From Podarcis melisellensis (taxonomy: Eukaryota), in assembly GCA_964234715.1 (NCBI GenBank), contig OZ174275.1: a stretch of DNA of 64,000 bases. One strand, given 5' to 3'. A model generated the notes under the pieces. The model had not been told where the DNA came from. It saw nothing but the letters and a program-made list of their open reading frames with translations, and ran no database searches. Numbering within the stretch: the first letter of the stretch is position 1; the number at the start of each line of letters is the position of its first letter. This document shows, one piece after another, positions 61,827-64,000 of this stretch. Position numbers and translations under genes: made by a program.

Positions 61827-64000
61827 CGAAGGGCTGCAAAGAACTGTCATGGATGTAAAAGGAGGGCTGATACTTTGTTCTGCCTGCATTTCAAGTCCTT
61901 TCCATACTGGCTGGGGAGCAAAGGGTTGAAGGGGCAAGATGCTCCTTTGCGAGCTAATGGGGCTCCCTACAATTACAGCCAGGCACCAGACGCTCTGCCA
62001 GCATTAGGTTAATCAGTTAAAGTGTGCAACAGCAGCTCCCGGCCACATTCTGTGCAAGGAGAATTGGGGGAGGGAACAGCAGACACGGCCTGCTGTGTGA
62101 AGAGGGGAGAGGAGGGTGGAATCCATAAAAACATCTGTTCAGATAAAGAACACAAAGAGAGGGTGGGGGCAAGATGGAGCCCCTTAAACCCATTATCTGC
62201 TCCTGCTCCCTTAGTGCCTGGACAGCTCAGACACTGAGCTTAATGGCCCAGAAACTAACAGAGGGTGGGAAAACCTCAAGCATCAGTCAAGGGGAAAGCC
62301 AAAGGCCAAAGTGGCCCAAAGACCTTCAACCCCCCAGTCCAAGTCACAGCTTAGCTGTGCTCCCACACAACTCTTCCGCACTATGGGCCCGGAAAACAGA
62401 CTTAGGACTGCCATGGCTAGCCATTTACTGCTCAGTCATCTGGTGCTGCTTCAGAAAAGGGCAGCGACAAGCAGACCATGCAGCTCGCAGCATCACTGCT
62501 CACATCAAGGCCACTGTCAGCCCTTAGTTTTCTTCGGCACTGCTAAACCAGAGTAAGAAGGCATTCTTGCTTGCACAGCAGTAGCCCATTGCTGCATTAA
62601 TAAGACACCTGCCAGATGTCTGTACAGCTGTAGCTCTTGGGAAGAGAGGGGTATACAGGTTACAATGGTCAGGGGGAAACTAGGGCTTTGGGCTCCATCT
62701 CCTGAAGGCAGGCTGCAACAGGCCAAGTTGCCCCTGGTATGAAGGGGACTTAGCAGCAGCCACCTATGGCGCTTGGAGTAAGTGTTCTGGGTTACAAAGA
62801 CCAAACCCAAACACACATAGGCAATAGTAGAGGCCAAGTGAGGCAGCAAGTGTTTTCCAGGCAAATTGCTTCACCCCCCTCATCTATAACACACAAACTG
62901 TTGCTGGACCCCTGGTGGTTACTTAAAGAAAAGGTCCTTTCACCTGCAGTACTGTATAAATTATAATTGAATAACAAACTGGCACATGAAATAAGTATGG
63001 ATTCCTACAACTTGAAAGTTTACTCCATCAAAGTCAACAAGACTGACTTCGGAGGAAATATTGGAGACGGTTAATGTGAAATGTACAGTTATTTCTCTTT
63101 CAGGAATCAACAGGCAAGACTATTCATGACTTTTTTTTCTGCTTTGCCCTCCCTTTCCCCCTCCTCTCCCCAGTATTCTTTTCTTCTGCTGCCTGTGTCC
63201 AGCATCCTGAATAAGGATATGTGGAAATATGCATGTGCACATGCGCATGCGCACACACACATCAGCCCTCTTCAACTGTATTGACGGGAATTCCTTGGGC
63301 ACAGAGCCCGAATTTGCTCATTTGGAGGAGGGTAAGGTGACTGTTTTCACTTTTAAAAAAAACCCAAAAAACCACACACAGCAGCAGCTGAGTGCCACTT
63401 TCAATCAAGGGAGCACCCTGTCATCTCCTCTCCCCAGAGAAACAGAGGAGTAGATGCTACATGAGCGTAGCAAAAATCCAGTGTGTGAATTAGTAACACA
63501 GACAGACATAAAATCCCCAAATGGCTCATCCATTTCAAAACGGGTTCTGGGTTTAACGCGTCTGTTGGGGTATATTACTCATTCACACAGGAGAATGCAC
63601 CCATCCTCGCAGAAGCCAAGGAGGAAATCAGACGTGCCAATCTGCCCCCTGCATCCCAACAAGTCAAGGTTCAAAGCCTCCCTTGTCATCACTGGAGATA
63701 GGCTTGGACACCAATAGACTGTACAGACCGGCTGAAGGGTGGGAGATTCTCGGGGCCAGTTTTAAGGGTCACCCACAGCAACCAGACTGTCTCACGCCCG
63801 CCTTCCCCTCCCAGAAGGAAACTCCTGCTCCAGCGAAGCTTGACAAGCATAGCCCCGGTCTAGCAAACAGATCATCACCCCTTGCTCCCAAAAGGTCCCC
63901 ACCGGACCCGGTTCTGTTTTCCGCTGGAGACCCTGCAGCTTTCCCCCTCCCTCTTCTTCCCAATGCCAGGGTTAAGTGTGAGGATGGTGCCCCTCCTTCA

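Overview
Vertebrate genomic DNA, probably from a lacertid lizard (a Sauria SINE and other squamate repeats are present). The window contains 30 consecutive coding exons (47674 to 1043, minus strand, 4138 nt, about 1379 codons, open frame) of an unconventional myosin-X family gene. They encode the motor domain, 3 IQ motifs, a single alpha-helix (SAH), the antiparallel coiled coil, the PEST region and the split PH1/PH2 unit. Exon sizes and phases follow the MYO10 architecture as I recall it, but the protein is clearly diverged and the locus compact, which suggests the MYO10-like paralog rather than the MYO10 ortholog. The short first coding exon was not found and probably lies beyond 64000. PH3, MyTH4 and FERM lie before position 1. 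The clearest non-standard feature is a U12-type (minor spliceosome) intron before a 14-nt microexon, with a competing in-frame U2-type donor inside it. Introns carry Tc2-like, Tigger-like and hAT MITEs, Sauria, tRNA- and 5S-derived SINEs, L2/CR1 fragments and microsatellites. Nearly all ORF-track entries are spurious. I found no evidence for a wholly new biological system; the findings are testable splicing, protein and transposon observations. Exon numbers follow human MYO10 from memory.
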